Shown: positions 1 through 10,265, counted from the first letter of the stretch. The stretch is DNA of 43,282 bases from Candidatus Poseidoniales archaeon (GCA_028821675.1 JAPKFG010000003.1:1-43282); one strand, 5' to 3'. Program-made: numbers and translations. Notes: a model not told the origin generated them from the sequence alone.

Positions 1-866
1 TCGATGTCCAACAAGGGATGATTCAGCGATTCGTGAACGACCTCTTCTGGGCCACGGTCACTCTCACCATACAGCATCATGGTGACGCCGCCACCCTTCA
101 TGATGGTTCGAACATCTGCGAAGTCGAGATTGATGAGGCTGGGCAGGGTGATTGTTTCGACAATTCCCTTGACGATTTCAGCAATCAATTGGTCCATGAT
201 GCTGAAGGCTTCGTCCAAAGGCAAGTTGGGCACATAGTGCAGGAGTCGGTTGTTGTCCAGAACCAGCACGGCATCTGCTTCTTGGCGCAGCGCTTCCAAT
301 CCTTCCAGAGCGCGCAGCATTCTCTGACGTCGCTCAACTTGGAAAGGCGTGGTCACTACAGCGACCACCAATGCACCGGAACGCTTGGCTTCCTCCGCCA
401 CAATCGGTGCGATTCCGGTTCCAGTTCCACCGCCTAGTCCAGCAGTGATGAAAACAAGGTCTGCTCCAGAGACAATCTGGGAAATGACGTCTCGTCCCGC
501 CTCGGCACACTTTCGTCCGGTGGAAGGGTCACCTCCAGCACCCAATCCTCGGGTGATGTGACGCCCGACCAGCAGTTTCTGCAGAGCTCGGGTGTGGTCA
601 AGATGTTGCTTGTCGGTGTTGATGGCGACTGTGATGGCACCTTCAACGCCAAGATGGGTGATTCTGTTCATCGTGTTGTTGCCTGAACCGCCACAACCGC
701 AGATGAGAATTCGTGGATCAGGGACACCAAAATTGGAGACATCCTCGTTGAGCAATGCTGTGGATTGATTGCTATTCAAGTCGCGCTTCAATTCGCCCAC
801 CAATTCTTCGTAGGCTGGTCCTAGCGGAGTCCCAGACCCCTTTTCAGTCACTTGTTCCCCATCCAT
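1..866 (-). CDS. ftsZ: Cell division GTPase FtsZ, FtsZ2-type; 3' end runs off the window
   Basis: Manual minus-strand translation from ATG 866: [10 protein letters not shown]...[19 protein letters not shown]...AINTDKQHL...[15 protein letters not shown]...[30 protein letters not shown]. Tubulin/FtsZ GGGTGTG signature present. GNNT and MDQ.IAE..KG..ETIT.PSLINLD resemble archaeal FtsZ2. Absent from the ORF track because there is no stop in the window. Confidence 0.97.
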   Translation of the reverse strand, partial: MDGEQVTEKGSGTPLGPAYEELVGELKRDLNSNQSTALLNEDVSNFGVPDPRILICGCGGSGNNTMNRITHLGVEGAITVAINTDKQHLDHTRALQKLLVGRHITRGLGAGGDPSTGRKCAEAGRDVISQIVSGADLVFITAGLGGGTGTGIAPIVAEEAKRSGALVVAVVTTPFQVERRQRMLRALEGLEALRQEADAVLVLDNNRLLHYVPNLPLDEAFSIMDQLIAEIVKGIVETITLPSLINLDFADVRTIMKGGGVTMMLYGESDRGPEEVVHESLNHPLLDI

Positions 867-876
867 GGTATCCACC

Positions 877-891
877 ACAGGTTACACCTGT
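877..891. promoter_or_regulatory. Palindrome ACAGGT-TAC-ACCTGT in the ftsZ leader (candidate operator)
   Basis: Perfect 6-bp inverted repeat with 3-nt spacer, between the putative TATA box (917-922) and the ftsZ ATG. Confidence 0.4.
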
Positions 892-916
892 TATGTCGAG
901 TTCGTCTTGCACCTCG

Positions 917-922
917 TATTAA
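917..922 (-). promoter_or_regulatory. Putative TATA box of ftsZ (TTAATA on minus strand)
   Basis: AT-rich hexamer about 50 nt upstream of the ATG; a GGTGG SD-like site lies just before the ATG. Confidence 0.5.
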
Positions 923-1029
923 CTATCGTGGTTCAAGCCTGCTTAGGGACCCCAATTTCCGACTCTGTTTGTAAGCCCAGAATTGTTGCGCTACGCACAA
1001 ATAGCCGTGGACGTTGGGCGGTTCAATAC

Positions 1030-1139
1030 CCGAGGTTAGCATAGCCTGGCCAATGCACCTGACTGTAGACGTGAAATCCACGGTTGTAGATAAGGCAGCC
1101 ATCAGGGAATCGCTGGTTCAAATCCGGCACCTCGGACCA
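1030..1139 (+). tRNA. trnY: tRNA-Tyr(GUA) with a 32-nt intron at 37/38 (1069-1100) and encoded CCA
   Basis: Acceptor stem CCGAGGT/ACCTCGG with C1-G72 and A73 (archaeal Tyr identity), D stem GCAT/ATGC, anticodon stem CCTGA/TCAGG, GTA at 1065-1067, T arm GCTGG-TTCAAAT-CCGGC. BHB central helix CUGU/GCAG with AGA and CCA bulges. Confidence 0.97.
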
Positions 1140-1143
1140 CTTC

Positions 1144-1158
1144 CCTCCCTACGGGAGG
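1144..1158 (+). other. GC-rich hairpin CCTCCC-TAC-GGGAGG in the tRNA trailer
   Basis: Perfect 6-bp inverted repeat 4 nt after the CCA; function (processing or termination) not determinable. Confidence 0.4.
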
Positions 1159-1226
1159 TCTTCGGATTCAGCGGGACGCTCATATAGGGGGAGCAGGTCG
1201 GCGGAACGCTTCAAAGGGTGACTACC

Positions 1227-1817
1227 ATGGCTCGTTCACTATATCACGCCGTTCGCGAGACGTGGAAGCGTCCCAAAGATTCCATTCCTCAGGATTACCG
1301 CCGTAACCGTATGGCAGAGTGGCGTCGCGATCCGGTCATCAACCGAATCGAGCGTCCGACTCGCTTGGATGCTGCCCGTCGAATGGGCTACAAGGCCAAG
1401 CAAGGAGTTGTCATGGTTCGAACACGAGTTCGCCGTGGTGGATTGCGCAAGTCTAAGATCAACATGAAGCGAAAACCCAGCAAGATGGGTATGAAGAAAA
1501 TCACCATGGCCAAGAGCATTCAGCGAATCGCTGAGGAGCGCGTCGCACGCAAATTCCCGAACCTTGAGGTTCTCAACTCATACTGGGTTGGCGAAGACGG
1601 AAAGAACAAGTTTTACGAATGTATTCTCATCGATCCATCCCATCCTTCGATTCAGAACGACAAGCATCTCGGTTGGGTTACCGGAAGTCGACACTCCGGT
1701 CGCGTATACCGTGGCAAGACCAGCGCTGGCAAGCGCGGTCGTGGTCTGCGCAACAAGGGCAAGGGTGCTGAGAAGCTCCGTCCGTCCCTCAAGGCACACC
1801 AAAACCGTGGCAAGTAA
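1227..1817 (+). CDS. rpl15e: 50S ribosomal protein L15e
   Basis: [69 protein letters not shown] 1227 follows GGTGA at 5 nt. Confidence 0.98.
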   Translation: MARSLYHAVRETWKRPKDSIPQDYRRNRMAEWRRDPVINRIERPTRLDAARRMGYKAKQGVVMVRTRVRRGGLRKSKINMKRKPSKMGMKKITMAKSIQRIAEERVARKFPNLEVLNSYWVGEDGKNKFYECILIDPSHPSIQNDKHLGWVTGSRHSGRVYRGKTSAGKRGRGLRNKGKGAEKLRPSLKAHQNRGK

Positions 1818-1868
1818 GCCTGATTTCAGGCCGAAGGTTGATGGGCAGCCCCATCTCACCGCTCGTTG

Positions 1869-2132
1869 ATGGGAGAAGCCGTTGTATCCGAACTTCGCGG
1901 TATGCCTGTCATATTGCCTGACGGCCGATTTCTAGGCACAGTTCACGATACTGTGGTCGATTCGACCGAATGGACCTGCACGCATCTGTTTGTCACCAAT
2001 CCTCCCGCTGATTTAGTCGAGGATCGCATTCATGTTGCCATTCCTTGGCGATGGGTTAGAGCGGTCGAAGATGTCGTTTTATTGCGGTGGTTTCCACCCA
2101 CACCCATTCCTCGTGAACCAGTGAACCCTTGA
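1869..2132 (+). CDS. PRC-barrel domain protein (CdpB-like family)
   Basis: 87 aa; SELRGMPVILPDGRFLGTVHDTVVD...IPWRWVRAVEDVVLL matches the PRC-barrel pattern. Confidence 0.85.
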   Translation: MGEAVVSELRGMPVILPDGRFLGTVHDTVVDSTEWTCTHLFVTNPPADLVEDRIHVAIPWRWVRAVEDVVLLRWFPPTPIPREPVNP

Positions 2133-2210
2133 AATGGGATGGGTTTCCCCAGAAGGTTGGGCTTTACCTGCGAAAGCGGGTGTCGTTCTGTTGATGCGTG
2201 AGGGATATCA

Positions 2211-3317
2211 GTGTTTGAGTTGCATGTGCTGGGTACGTCTAGTGCCCGTTTCGCCCATGGCCGATCTGTCTCAGGCTCAGTGCTGAATACTCCCGGTGGC
2301 CTCGCTCTCATCGATTGTGGCGAAGGTATGCAGAAACGTATGTTGGATCACAATCGTACTCTCAAATCAAGTGGGTTAGAAAATCGAACTCGTATCTCTC
2401 GCGTGCGCGCGATTTTTCTGACCCACGGTCATCTGGACCACACTTGGGGCCTGTTGCCATTGTTACAGACACTGGATTTGGATGGTCGCCGCAATCGCAT
2501 GGTAGTCATGGGGCCATCCACACGGGCTGCCATTGATTGGGCCACGCAGCACCCCGGCGAAGCACCACCGGTGGATAGTGGAATATCTTCGACAGATTTT
2601 GCTATTCTATTTTCACAATGGCAAGCTATTGGAACCAAAGATGAGGATGCATCCTACAAGATTGATTGGGTTCTTCTTCCAATAGAGGATGATCAGCCGT
2701 TCAAATCTCCAATTCAACCTCTTGAAGGGGTGACCGTGACCATCGTTCCCACACACCACGGTGTCCCCTCGTGTGGCTATCACTTCGAGTCGAATGGGAA
2801 GGCGGGTCGATTTGATCGAGAGCGTGCAATAGAACTGGGGCTATCAGAGGCACAGATTGGTCAACTTGCAGGTGGTCAAGACGTGATTATTGATGATGAA
2901 TCTCTCTCCGCTGAGAGTTTCCGAGGAGAACCTCGGCCTGGATACAGTTTGATGGTGAGTGGAGATACGTCCCACGGCCCCATCGGATTTGATATCGCAA
3001 ATCTTCCTAGTGCTCCTCGCCTTCTGCTCCATGAAGCCACCTTCACGGCAGACAAGCAGGAAAAGGCGACGCAATATTACCATTCAACGGCAGCAGACGC
3101 TGCACGACACGCAACATCATGCAAGGCTAGTGCCCTTGCATTAACCCACTATTCCAGCCGAATCGAATCACTTTCCCCATTGGTTAGCGAGGCTCGAGAA
3201 CACTTCTCGGGTTCGGTCGCAGCCACTTTGGATGGCGATTGGTTTGAGATTGATGCAGAAGGTAACGTGTTCCATCACGTACAGGTGGAAAGCGGTTGGA
3301 ACACGATGAATCTGTGA
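2211..3317 (+). CDS. rnz: Ribonuclease Z (metallo-beta-lactamase fold)
   Basis: LGTS, LIDCGEG.Q, THGHLDH, HGVP, exosite arm GRFDRERA..LG, SGDT, HEAT, HST and THYSSR motifs. GTG start after GAGGGA. Confidence 0.92.
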   Translation: MFELHVLGTSSARFAHGRSVSGSVLNTPGGLALIDCGEGMQKRMLDHNRTLKSSGLENRTRISRVRAIFLTHGHLDHTWGLLPLLQTLDLDGRRNRMVVMGPSTRAAIDWATQHPGEAPPVDSGISSTDFAILFSQWQAIGTKDEDASYKIDWVLLPIEDDQPFKSPIQPLEGVTVTIVPTHHGVPSCGYHFESNGKAGRFDRERAIELGLSEAQIGQLAGGQDVIIDDESLSAESFRGEPRPGYSLMVSGDTSHGPIGFDIANLPSAPRLLLHEATFTADKQEKATQYYHSTAADAARHATSCKASALALTHYSSRIESLSPLVSEAREHFSGSVAATLDGDWFEIDAEGNVFHHVQVESGWNTMNL

Positions 3318-3366
3318 TACACTGTCATGGGCGACCTTCAAACGTAAAAGAATCGAGCGTGTGAAT

Positions 3367-5778
3367 ATGCGACGCGCACGTGTGGTATTCTTTCTCGTCA
3401 CACTTCTTGTGATGTCCACCCTTCCTCTGGGTGCTGCTAGTGAAGGACGTTCCACAAACTGTGACACTACCGATATGGGCTCGATGCCCGATCCCATCAT
3501 GATAGGTGACCAGGAATGTGAGAAAATCGCATTGGGCATTTTGGCACCCGGCACCATAGTTGAATTCGATGTGACAGGCGATGTAAATTTTGATTTCCTC
3601 ATCTTCCGAAACGCTGCATTGCAAGTCTATGCAAACAACCAATCCTATCGCTCACCAACGTATTGGGCTGAGGAAACAGTGTTTGAGGACATGGTGGGTT
3701 CAGCACGTTGGCATTGGACAGTGCCCACCGATGAGGGTGCGAAGAATTGGTATGTTGTTCTGGATAATCTCGATCATCCAGGTGATGATGATCAAGGCGC
3801 ACAGGGTGGCAGTATGCTCCAGGTCAATCTCGACATTTCCTTCCCCTCTCAGAGTTATTGGACCATTCACGACGGTTTGGTCAATCTGGGGGTCAACAGT
3901 CACACGAAACTGGTGGATGAGAATTCCCTAATTCTCGATGAAGGCACACAGATTTCGATTAGTGCGATTCCGATGGCAGGTGACCCTGATCTCTTTCTAC
4001 TCACTGAGAATCAGCGGCTCAGTTACCTCGATGGCAATCCCCCAGAGTTCCGCATTACCGGTGCAGACCTTTTACAGATCACAAGTGAAGATAGCGTAGT
4101 CTGGACTGTCGATTCGACCTACGCAAATCAGCCTCTCTATCTCTACGCCGACAATGAGGATGGACCAACCGGTGGAGGTGACGGTTCAACAGAAGCGAGT
4201 TTCACGGTCATCGTTACCCTGATGCCGATTTTAGATGCAACCATCACCAGTGATGCCGCAACTACCCTAGATGTTGGTGAAACTGTGACTGTTTCTGCAA
4301 ACAGTACCCCCAATCTCTCCAATCAAGTCGACACCTCATCCTATGAGTGGGATTTGGATGATGATGGAACTTTTGAGTTGACACAATCGTGGGCCGAAAT
4401 CTCTTGGGCCGCTGAAGGTACTTTCAACGTCAATCTCCGCATCAATGGGGTCGATAGTCGAACTGACACGTCGTCAATATCCATCGATGTTGATGACGCA
4501 ACCGTGCCTACGCCAATCATCAATGGTGGCAACAATATTGTTCGCGGATTTGAAGAATCCTTCACGGTAACCAGTTCTTCTTTGGACAATTTTGGAATCG
4601 ATCGTGAGGAATGGTATGCCGATGAACTCCTCGTCCAATCGGATTCAGGCACCGGTAATTCGTTCACCTACAGTTTCTCTTCAGTTGGAAACCACAGTGT
4701 TGACTTGCGGGTTTACGATTCTGCGAATTTGACAGCCTCTTTGTCTATCGTTGTGGTCATTCAGGACCGAACCTCACCGGAGTTGGATCTCATCACTGGG
4801 CCCAAGGACGTGATGGCTGGAGAAGAGAACACATGGCGCCTCAATGCCACCGACCCGAATTCACCCGGCCTAACATGGAGTTGGGATTTCGATCGTTCCG
4901 TCGATATTGATCAGGATGGTGATACGACGAATGATGCTCAGGCGACCGGCGATTTGGTGACTTGGACGTTTACCAAGGGCGGTGATTACTCCATCACCTG
5001 CACAGTTACCAATGAACAGGGATTGTCATCTACTCGTGAATTGAATGTTCACGTAGAAGCTCAACCTTCTACCAAATCATCGGCGATGACGATGGTGTTT
5101 GCAGGTGGTGCTATTCTGTTGTCTCTTGCAGTTATTGCTGGTGGGATTTTCCTATTCCGAGCGATGGGGCAAAGACGCGCTCATCAAGAATTGATTGATT
5201 TGGAAGATGCTCGTCAGTCCGCAGAGGAAGCCGCAGCGGCTCACCAACCTGAACGCGATGAGCAATTGGCGATGTTCCAGAATAGAGGCGGCGGTGCCTC
5301 GAGTGGATTCCAACGAAGCGGAGGTGGCGATGAGATGGCTCAAATTGCTGGTGTAGGGTCTGGATATGGTGCTCAACAAGAGCCAGTTACAGTCCAACCT
5401 AGGGCCAGTGTTGACGATGATCTGCTTTCAGCTTTCGAAGAACCCGTTGCGACCCCCGTTGCTGAACCCGAACCTGAGCCCAAGCCGGATCCGAAACCTG
5501 CGGGTGTTCCAGCAGAACGTGCTAGTGTTCTTTCGGGCGGTATTCAACTTCCGGATGTGTTGAATCAACCTAGTCAACAAACTCCTCCTGCCACCGCCCC
5601 TGAACCTCAGTCAGCACCTGTGACAATTGCAGCCGCTCCTGTAGCCCCACAAACCACTGAGGTCGTCGGGAGTTGTGGGGAATGCGGTCAACATTACGCC
5701 GTCGATATGCCCCTGGATATTGAACAAGCACAAATCGATTGTCCAAAGTGTGGAAATCGAAGTACCATACGGCGTTGA
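3367..5778 (+). CDS. Membrane-anchored PKD-domain surface protein with C-terminal cytoplasmic zinc ribbon
   Basis: Signal peptide; two similar N-terminal ~120-aa units; PKD-like YEWDLDDDG and WSWDFD; DxDxDG loops; one TM helix; Pro/Ala-rich linker; CGEC-x18-CPKC. Start moved to ATG 3367. Confidence 0.85.
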   Translation: MRRARVVFFLVTLLVMSTLPLGAASEGRSTNCDTTDMGSMPDPIMIGDQECEKIALGILAPGTIVEFDVTGDVNFDFLIFRNAALQVYANNQSYRSPTYWAEETVFEDMVGSARWHWTVPTDEGAKNWYVVLDNLDHPGDDDQGAQGGSMLQVNLDISFPSQSYWTIHDGLVNLGVNSHTKLVDENSLILDEGTQISISAIPMAGDPDLFLLTENQRLSYLDGNPPEFRITGADLLQITSEDSVVWTVDSTYANQPLYLYADNEDGPTGGGDGSTEASFTVIVTLMPILDATITSDAATTLDVGETVTVSANSTPNLSNQVDTSSYEWDLDDDGTFELTQSWAEISWAAEGTFNVNLRINGVDSRTDTSSISIDVDDATVPTPIINGGNNIVRGFEESFTVTSSSLDNFGIDREEWYADELLVQSDSGTGNSFTYSFSSVGNHSVDLRVYDSANLTASLSIVVVIQDRTSPELDLITGPKDVMAGEENTWRLNATDPNSPGLTWSWDFDRSVDIDQDGDTTNDAQATGDLVTWTFTKGGDYSITCTVTNEQGLSSTRELNVHVEAQPSTKSSAMTMVFAGGAILLSLAVIAGGIFLFRAMGQRRAHQELIDLEDARQSAEEAAAAHQPERDEQLAMFQNRGGGASSGFQRSGGGDEMAQIAGVGSGYGAQQEPVTVQPRASVDDDLLSAFEEPVATPVAEPEPEPKPDPKPAGVPAERASVLSGGIQLPDVLNQPSQQTPPATAPEPQSAPVTIAAAPVAPQTTEVVGSCGECGQHYAVDMPLDIEQAQIDCPKCGNRSTIRR

Positions 5779-5857
5779 GAGTCCATTGTGAACGTCATTC
5801 CCTCGCGCACAAGGGTCGAAGACCCTTTAGGAGGAGCAAGCGGCAGTGTGTACCAAC

Positions 5858-8800
5858 ATGGAGGATAGTACGCGTATCATTTTGGCAGCGCCCCGCGCTC
5901 GAGATCGAACCTCTGTGGCACTCGTCCTCGTCCTAATTCTTCCAATGCTGACTCCTTTCATGGCCGTAGAGGCCGCTCAAGTTCGGGCTGAAGATTTCGG
6001 GATTGTCGCTGAACTCCACGATGTTCTGGCGACCCGTGACTTGATGCTTGACAGTGACCAGATTGAATTACAGGCTGAGAATTCTCTTTCGCCGGTTCGC
6101 AATGGAGTACGTTCCATCGGTTCTCAGGATCCGTTAACTCACATAGATACAGCTCTGGATGGGTTGGTTGTCCAACCCTCCGCTCCAATGGGGGTTGATC
6201 ATCCCAAACCGATTGACATCTTGCTAGGTGATGATGCCCCACCCGGTTTGGTTGACACGATTTGGGGGACATTGGTCAATCTCACCGACTACATCATTTG
6301 GTCAGAATATCAAGCACAGAACAATGGACCCAACCACGAGAAATTCACGGTTGTCCCATTCTCATCGTCTCTACTGAGTCTGTTCAGCCAAGATCCATTG
6401 ATGCATGAAATCGATATCGATGGCGATGATGATCCGAATACACTCACTGTGGAAAACCCTGACATTCGTGTCGGTTTGACAATCGGTTTCGATGCATCCC
6501 CCGGAGTCGGGTGGGGTGTCATGGGCTCTCCACTCCCGACTCAATTGTGGTTGGAACCAACGATTGAATATCGAGTCGAAGTCATCAATCCATCCGCCCA
6601 AATTTGGAGTGTGATGGAAACCTTGGAAGTCGCTTTGATGAAACCCTTCGCTTACGGAATCAATCCAACTGCATCGGGTGAATCATACGTTTGGTTGATT
6701 GATTCACACTTCACCATCCCACCGACCGATTGGGCCCTCCAAGTAGGATTTGAACGATTCTGGTTTGATTTATCTTCAGCAGGAACTGAAGTATTGTCTG
6801 CATTGGCTTTGCTAGCCTCAGGATTTTCAGGTACGCCTGGTAACTCAACAGACACAGGAATCACTATTGCTGCACTCTCTGCACCTATTTCCATCCAAAT
6901 AGACAATGATGGACAAACTCAGTGTCCACCACATTACCAACCCAATGCGTATCACCTCAACGCCTCTTGGAGCCACGATTGTCGAATTGGTGTTGGGTTT
7001 GGTTACGGTCATTTCGCACCAGTAGACAGCAACAATAACAGGGAACTCTGGGAGTTGTCCTATCTTGAAGTCGGAGTCCACCCCAATTCAACTGCATACC
7101 GATTGCCAGCGATTGTTGATTTGACGATTCGAACGGACAACGTCCTTCCGACCGGTTCGGGTACAATCGGTGAAGATGGTCTTACATCAATCGAATATTA
7201 TGCTGATGAGCGTGCTGATTTGTGGCTGCATTTCCATGAGAATAAAAGTGCCTTCAGGGAGAGTTCATCCGAACCCTACGGCAATGTCAGTGAAACCTTG
7301 GTCTGGCTGCGTGGTATGCCTTCTGGGACGATGACACCGCTGGAAATTGAACGATGTTTCCAGATGTTGGGAAGTGCTTCCCAGCCCGAACTTCCAGGGC
7401 AATTGCCAAGTCGTCTATCGTTGATTCTCGGCATCAAGAATTTCACTCGCGATTCAACACCGAACGTCAATGACCCAACGCTCCCCATCGACCCTCAAAA
7501 TCCACCCAATACTTTGGTGCTGTTACGTTCAACACAATCGGTCACATCGTTGGAGTATGTTTCTTGGTTTCAACGCGAGGGTGTTGAAACAGATTATCGA
7601 ATGACACGGATGAATGCAGAAAATTTGCCCAAAGGTCTCCTTCTCTACGGAGATTTCTGGCTCGGTGGTAGCGATGAGCAAGAGGTGGGGACATTAGACG
7701 ACAGCCTCGATATTTTCTCCAAGATTCTCGATGTGACGATTCTCGCTGTTGTCGATCTCTTCATTGACGTCTCAAACATCATCAACAGCATCCCCAATGC
7801 TCTGGTCGATGTGATTAGTGGCAGTACGGGCAGTGCTACACAAGGGACTTCAATCCATCTAGAGTTGCTCACCCATTTCGAAGTGGGCCGTCAACCCATG
7901 CCCATAGGTCTTCTTCAATTGTCGATGGGTTCAACCGATTTTCCGATTGCTTATGGCCCACATTTGCTGTTGGCCGATGACAAGAGTACGACGGTTGTTC
8001 AAGGTCGAAATGGAGAGGTCGACAAACTGGTCCCAATCTCCATGAGTTTGCATCATGAAGGACTTCACTCACTCCACATCATCGATGATGCCGCGGCTCA
8101 ATCTCAGCAGATTTCGATGGGTGCAATTGGCGGCGACCCATTGCGAGTTATCTTCCTTGAACATCATGATGATGAATTTGGGAACATAGATATTCCAAAC
8201 AGCGATTTCCAATACGTCTACCTCTCTGACCATCCAGCTTCTCTTGACATCAACGTCACAGAATCCGAACTCACCTTCACCTCGGATCGGGACATCGTCG
8301 AAGTCGTTTATGCGGGTCGCGAAGGACAGCAAAGACAGGTCTTGGACATCGACATGTTGCCCGGCAATTTCACGATGGCAATTGGTGATGACGTCTCTTG
8401 GATATCTCAGACCCCAATCGGCTCTCTGTCTTTGATGATTTCAAACGCCACTGATCCCAAGACCATGGATGGTGATCATTTCCTCTTCATGCAAGACCAA
8501 GATGCTGGCGAAGCCACGCTATCTGCCCGCGTACACGGAATCACGGAAGTGGGCTTCCTCGGTGCGGAGATGCCCGGCGTTACTGGTGAAGCTGGTCGTG
8601 GAACTGGATTCCTCGTTGGACCGGGTGATTCTCCATTCCACGCGGTGATTTTGGATCAGACGACTCACGAATCACCAGCCGACGGATTGACAGCTCACGT
8701 TCTCATCGATCCTTTGCCCTCAAATATCGCACTTGAGGTGCCACAAGGTGGTGTTGGGGAAGCCAGTGCTCTGGATGTCCCACAATTCACCACCGACGAA

Positions 8801-10261
8801 GGCCTTGCAGGCATCGCATTCTTCCTTGCTGGATTCACTGATTTTGGACAAAGTGTGAATGGAATGCTTGGAGAATTGGTGACCAGCGTCACCGGTGGTG
8901 CAATCGACGATCAACGATCAGATTTCTCATTCGGCGTTGAACTGGATGCCGACCAGAGTTTCGATCTCGTCATCGATGCACAACAAGGTCGAATGGCGCT
9001 TGATGAACCGGAATGGTTGCATGGTATTTCGATGGAGGCAGACCTCGCAGAGGACAACCACACCGCCTTCAGAGCGCGTGTCTGGTTGCCTAATCTCGCG
9101 CCGACCATCGATCTTTCAATCAATTATCAGAATCTCACCGTGACAGATCGTTGGGATATCGACATCGAATTGGATGGTTGGGTTCCTGCGAATCCAGAAT
9201 TCATGATCGAGGTCAACAATTACAACGGTCGCGACCTACATCTCATGCTGCTCGGATTTGAACCGGGTCAATCCACTGATTTGAAGATTGAATCACAGAT
9301 TACCACCGATTATCGCCCAGTTGTCCCACAATTGTCAATTTTCAGCAATTACGAGATGAGCCGATCGTTGGATGCGATTCACGTCACATTGCTGGACCGA
9401 ACCGAATCCACTCGATACGAACTGCTACTGCAAGGCATTCCCGAGCAATTGGACATGACTGCATCTTTGGGGTCCACACTCTCAGTTGGCATGGAAGCAG
9501 AAGACCCCGGCCAAACAGGCCTTTCGATTGATTCACTGATGCTCCAGATGAACCGGTTCAATGCAGGGAAATGGTGGCCAGCAACGGTATTCTTGCATGA
9601 ACTCCCCCGGCAGATGAATCTGACGACTGCACCCTCCTCAGTATTCGACATCACGAAACCAGTCAGTTTCCAAGGAATGTCGACCTTGATTTTCTCATCA
9701 TCGGGCCCCGGAATGGATTTGTTCATTTCGACTACCGGTCGGGCGGTTGAATCTCGTGGCGATAGTTTGCTGCTGGCGCAGAACCTTGCCAGCCACATGA
9801 GCATTGAGCCGACCGAAGATTTCGGTCTGCGGGTGATGAGCAGTGGTGATGGTATTGAACGCCTCTATCTGCGTCAAAACGACGTTCCTACCCAGCCCGG
9901 GGTATGGCTGGAACAATTGGAAGCTGCAGGTGAGAATCTCAAGAGTGCAACGATTCACCTGAGTTATCTCGGTAGCGCGTACCCAATCGTCAAGATTGAG
10001 GATGTTCGTGGCGGTCGTATCATTGCCAATGCTCGGGCGTCCGTAGATATCGGTGAATTCTCATTTGACGGTCGAGCTGTATTGATTGATGCACAGGTCA
10101 CCGGTGGCATTCCAACAGGCACCACGCTCGGTGTCAATGGTTTGGCATCCGACCTCTCGCTACTCAATTTGATGGGCACGGATGCCCAAACCACTCACTA
10201 TCTCTTGCCTGAGCCGCTAACTACGGCCATCGCCACGGGAGTGGCCACATTGATGGGGTGA
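5858..10261 (+). CDS. Giant (~1467 aa) exported acidic protein of unknown function
   Basis: 4.4-kb ORF with signal-peptide-like N-terminus (VALVLVLILPMLTPFMAVEA), beta-strand-like alternation and no recognised catalytic motif. ATG 5858 chosen over GTG 5846. Confidence 0.85.
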   Translation: MEDSTRIILAAPRARDRTSVALVLVLILPMLTPFMAVEAAQVRAEDFGIVAELHDVLATRDLMLDSDQIELQAENSLSPVRNGVRSIGSQDPLTHIDTALDGLVVQPSAPMGVDHPKPIDILLGDDAPPGLVDTIWGTLVNLTDYIIWSEYQAQNNGPNHEKFTVVPFSSSLLSLFSQDPLMHEIDIDGDDDPNTLTVENPDIRVGLTIGFDASPGVGWGVMGSPLPTQLWLEPTIEYRVEVINPSAQIWSVMETLEVALMKPFAYGINPTASGESYVWLIDSHFTIPPTDWALQVGFERFWFDLSSAGTEVLSALALLASGFSGTPGNSTDTGITIAALSAPISIQIDNDGQTQCPPHYQPNAYHLNASWSHDCRIGVGFGYGHFAPVDSNNNRELWELSYLEVGVHPNSTAYRLPAIVDLTIRTDNVLPTGSGTIGEDGLTSIEYYADERADLWLHFHENKSAFRESSSEPYGNVSETLVWLRGMPSGTMTPLEIERCFQMLGSASQPELPGQLPSRLSLILGIKNFTRDSTPNVNDPTLPIDPQNPPNTLVLLRSTQSVTSLEYVSWFQREGVETDYRMTRMNAENLPKGLLLYGDFWLGGSDEQEVGTLDDSLDIFSKILDVTILAVVDLFIDVSNIINSIPNALVDVISGSTGSATQGTSIHLELLTHFEVGRQPMPIGLLQLSMGSTDFPIAYGPHLLLADDKSTTVVQGRNGEVDKLVPISMSLHHEGLHSLHIIDDAAAQSQQISMGAIGGDPLRVIFLEHHDDEFGNIDIPNSDFQYVYLSDHPASLDINVTESELTFTSDRDIVEVVYAGREGQQRQVLDIDMLPGNFTMAIGDDVSWISQTPIGSLSLMISNATDPKTMDGDHFLFMQDQDAGEATLSARVHGITEVGFLGAEMPGVTGEAGRGTGFLVGPGDSPFHAVILDQTTHESPADGLTAHVLIDPLPSNIALEVPQGGVGEASALDVPQFTTDEGLAGIAFFLAGFTDFGQSVNGMLGELVTSVTGGAIDDQRSDFSFGVELDADQSFDLVIDAQQGRMALDEPEWLHGISMEADLAEDNHTAFRARVWLPNLAPTIDLSINYQNLTVTDRWDIDIELDGWVPANPEFMIEVNNYNGRDLHLMLLGFEPGQSTDLKIESQITTDYRPVVPQLSIFSNYEMSRSLDAIHVTLLDRTESTRYELLLQGIPEQLDMTASLGSTLSVGMEAEDPGQTGLSIDSLMLQMNRFNAGKWWPATVFLHELPRQMNLTTAPSSVFDITKPVSFQGMSTLIFSSSGPGMDLFISTTGRAVESRGDSLLLAQNLASHMSIEPTEDFGLRVMSSGDGIERLYLRQNDVPTQPGVWLEQLEAAGENLKSATIHLSYLGSAYPIVKIEDVRGGRIIANARASVDIGEFSFDGRAVLIDAQVTGGIPTGTTLGVNGLASDLSLLNLMGTDAQTTHYLLPEPLTTAIATGVATLMG

Positions 10262-10265
10262 TATC

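Noticed and set aside
18-652. ORF-track ORFs 18-437 (+), 349-561 (+) and 434-652 (-)
   Set aside because: Shadow frames of ftsZ, which occupies 1-866 on the minus strand with unambiguous motifs.
1818-1831. Short inverted repeat GCCTGA-TT-TCAGGC after rpl15e as a terminator
   Set aside because: Too short, no T-tract, and it sits within the next gene's promoter region; function cannot be supported.
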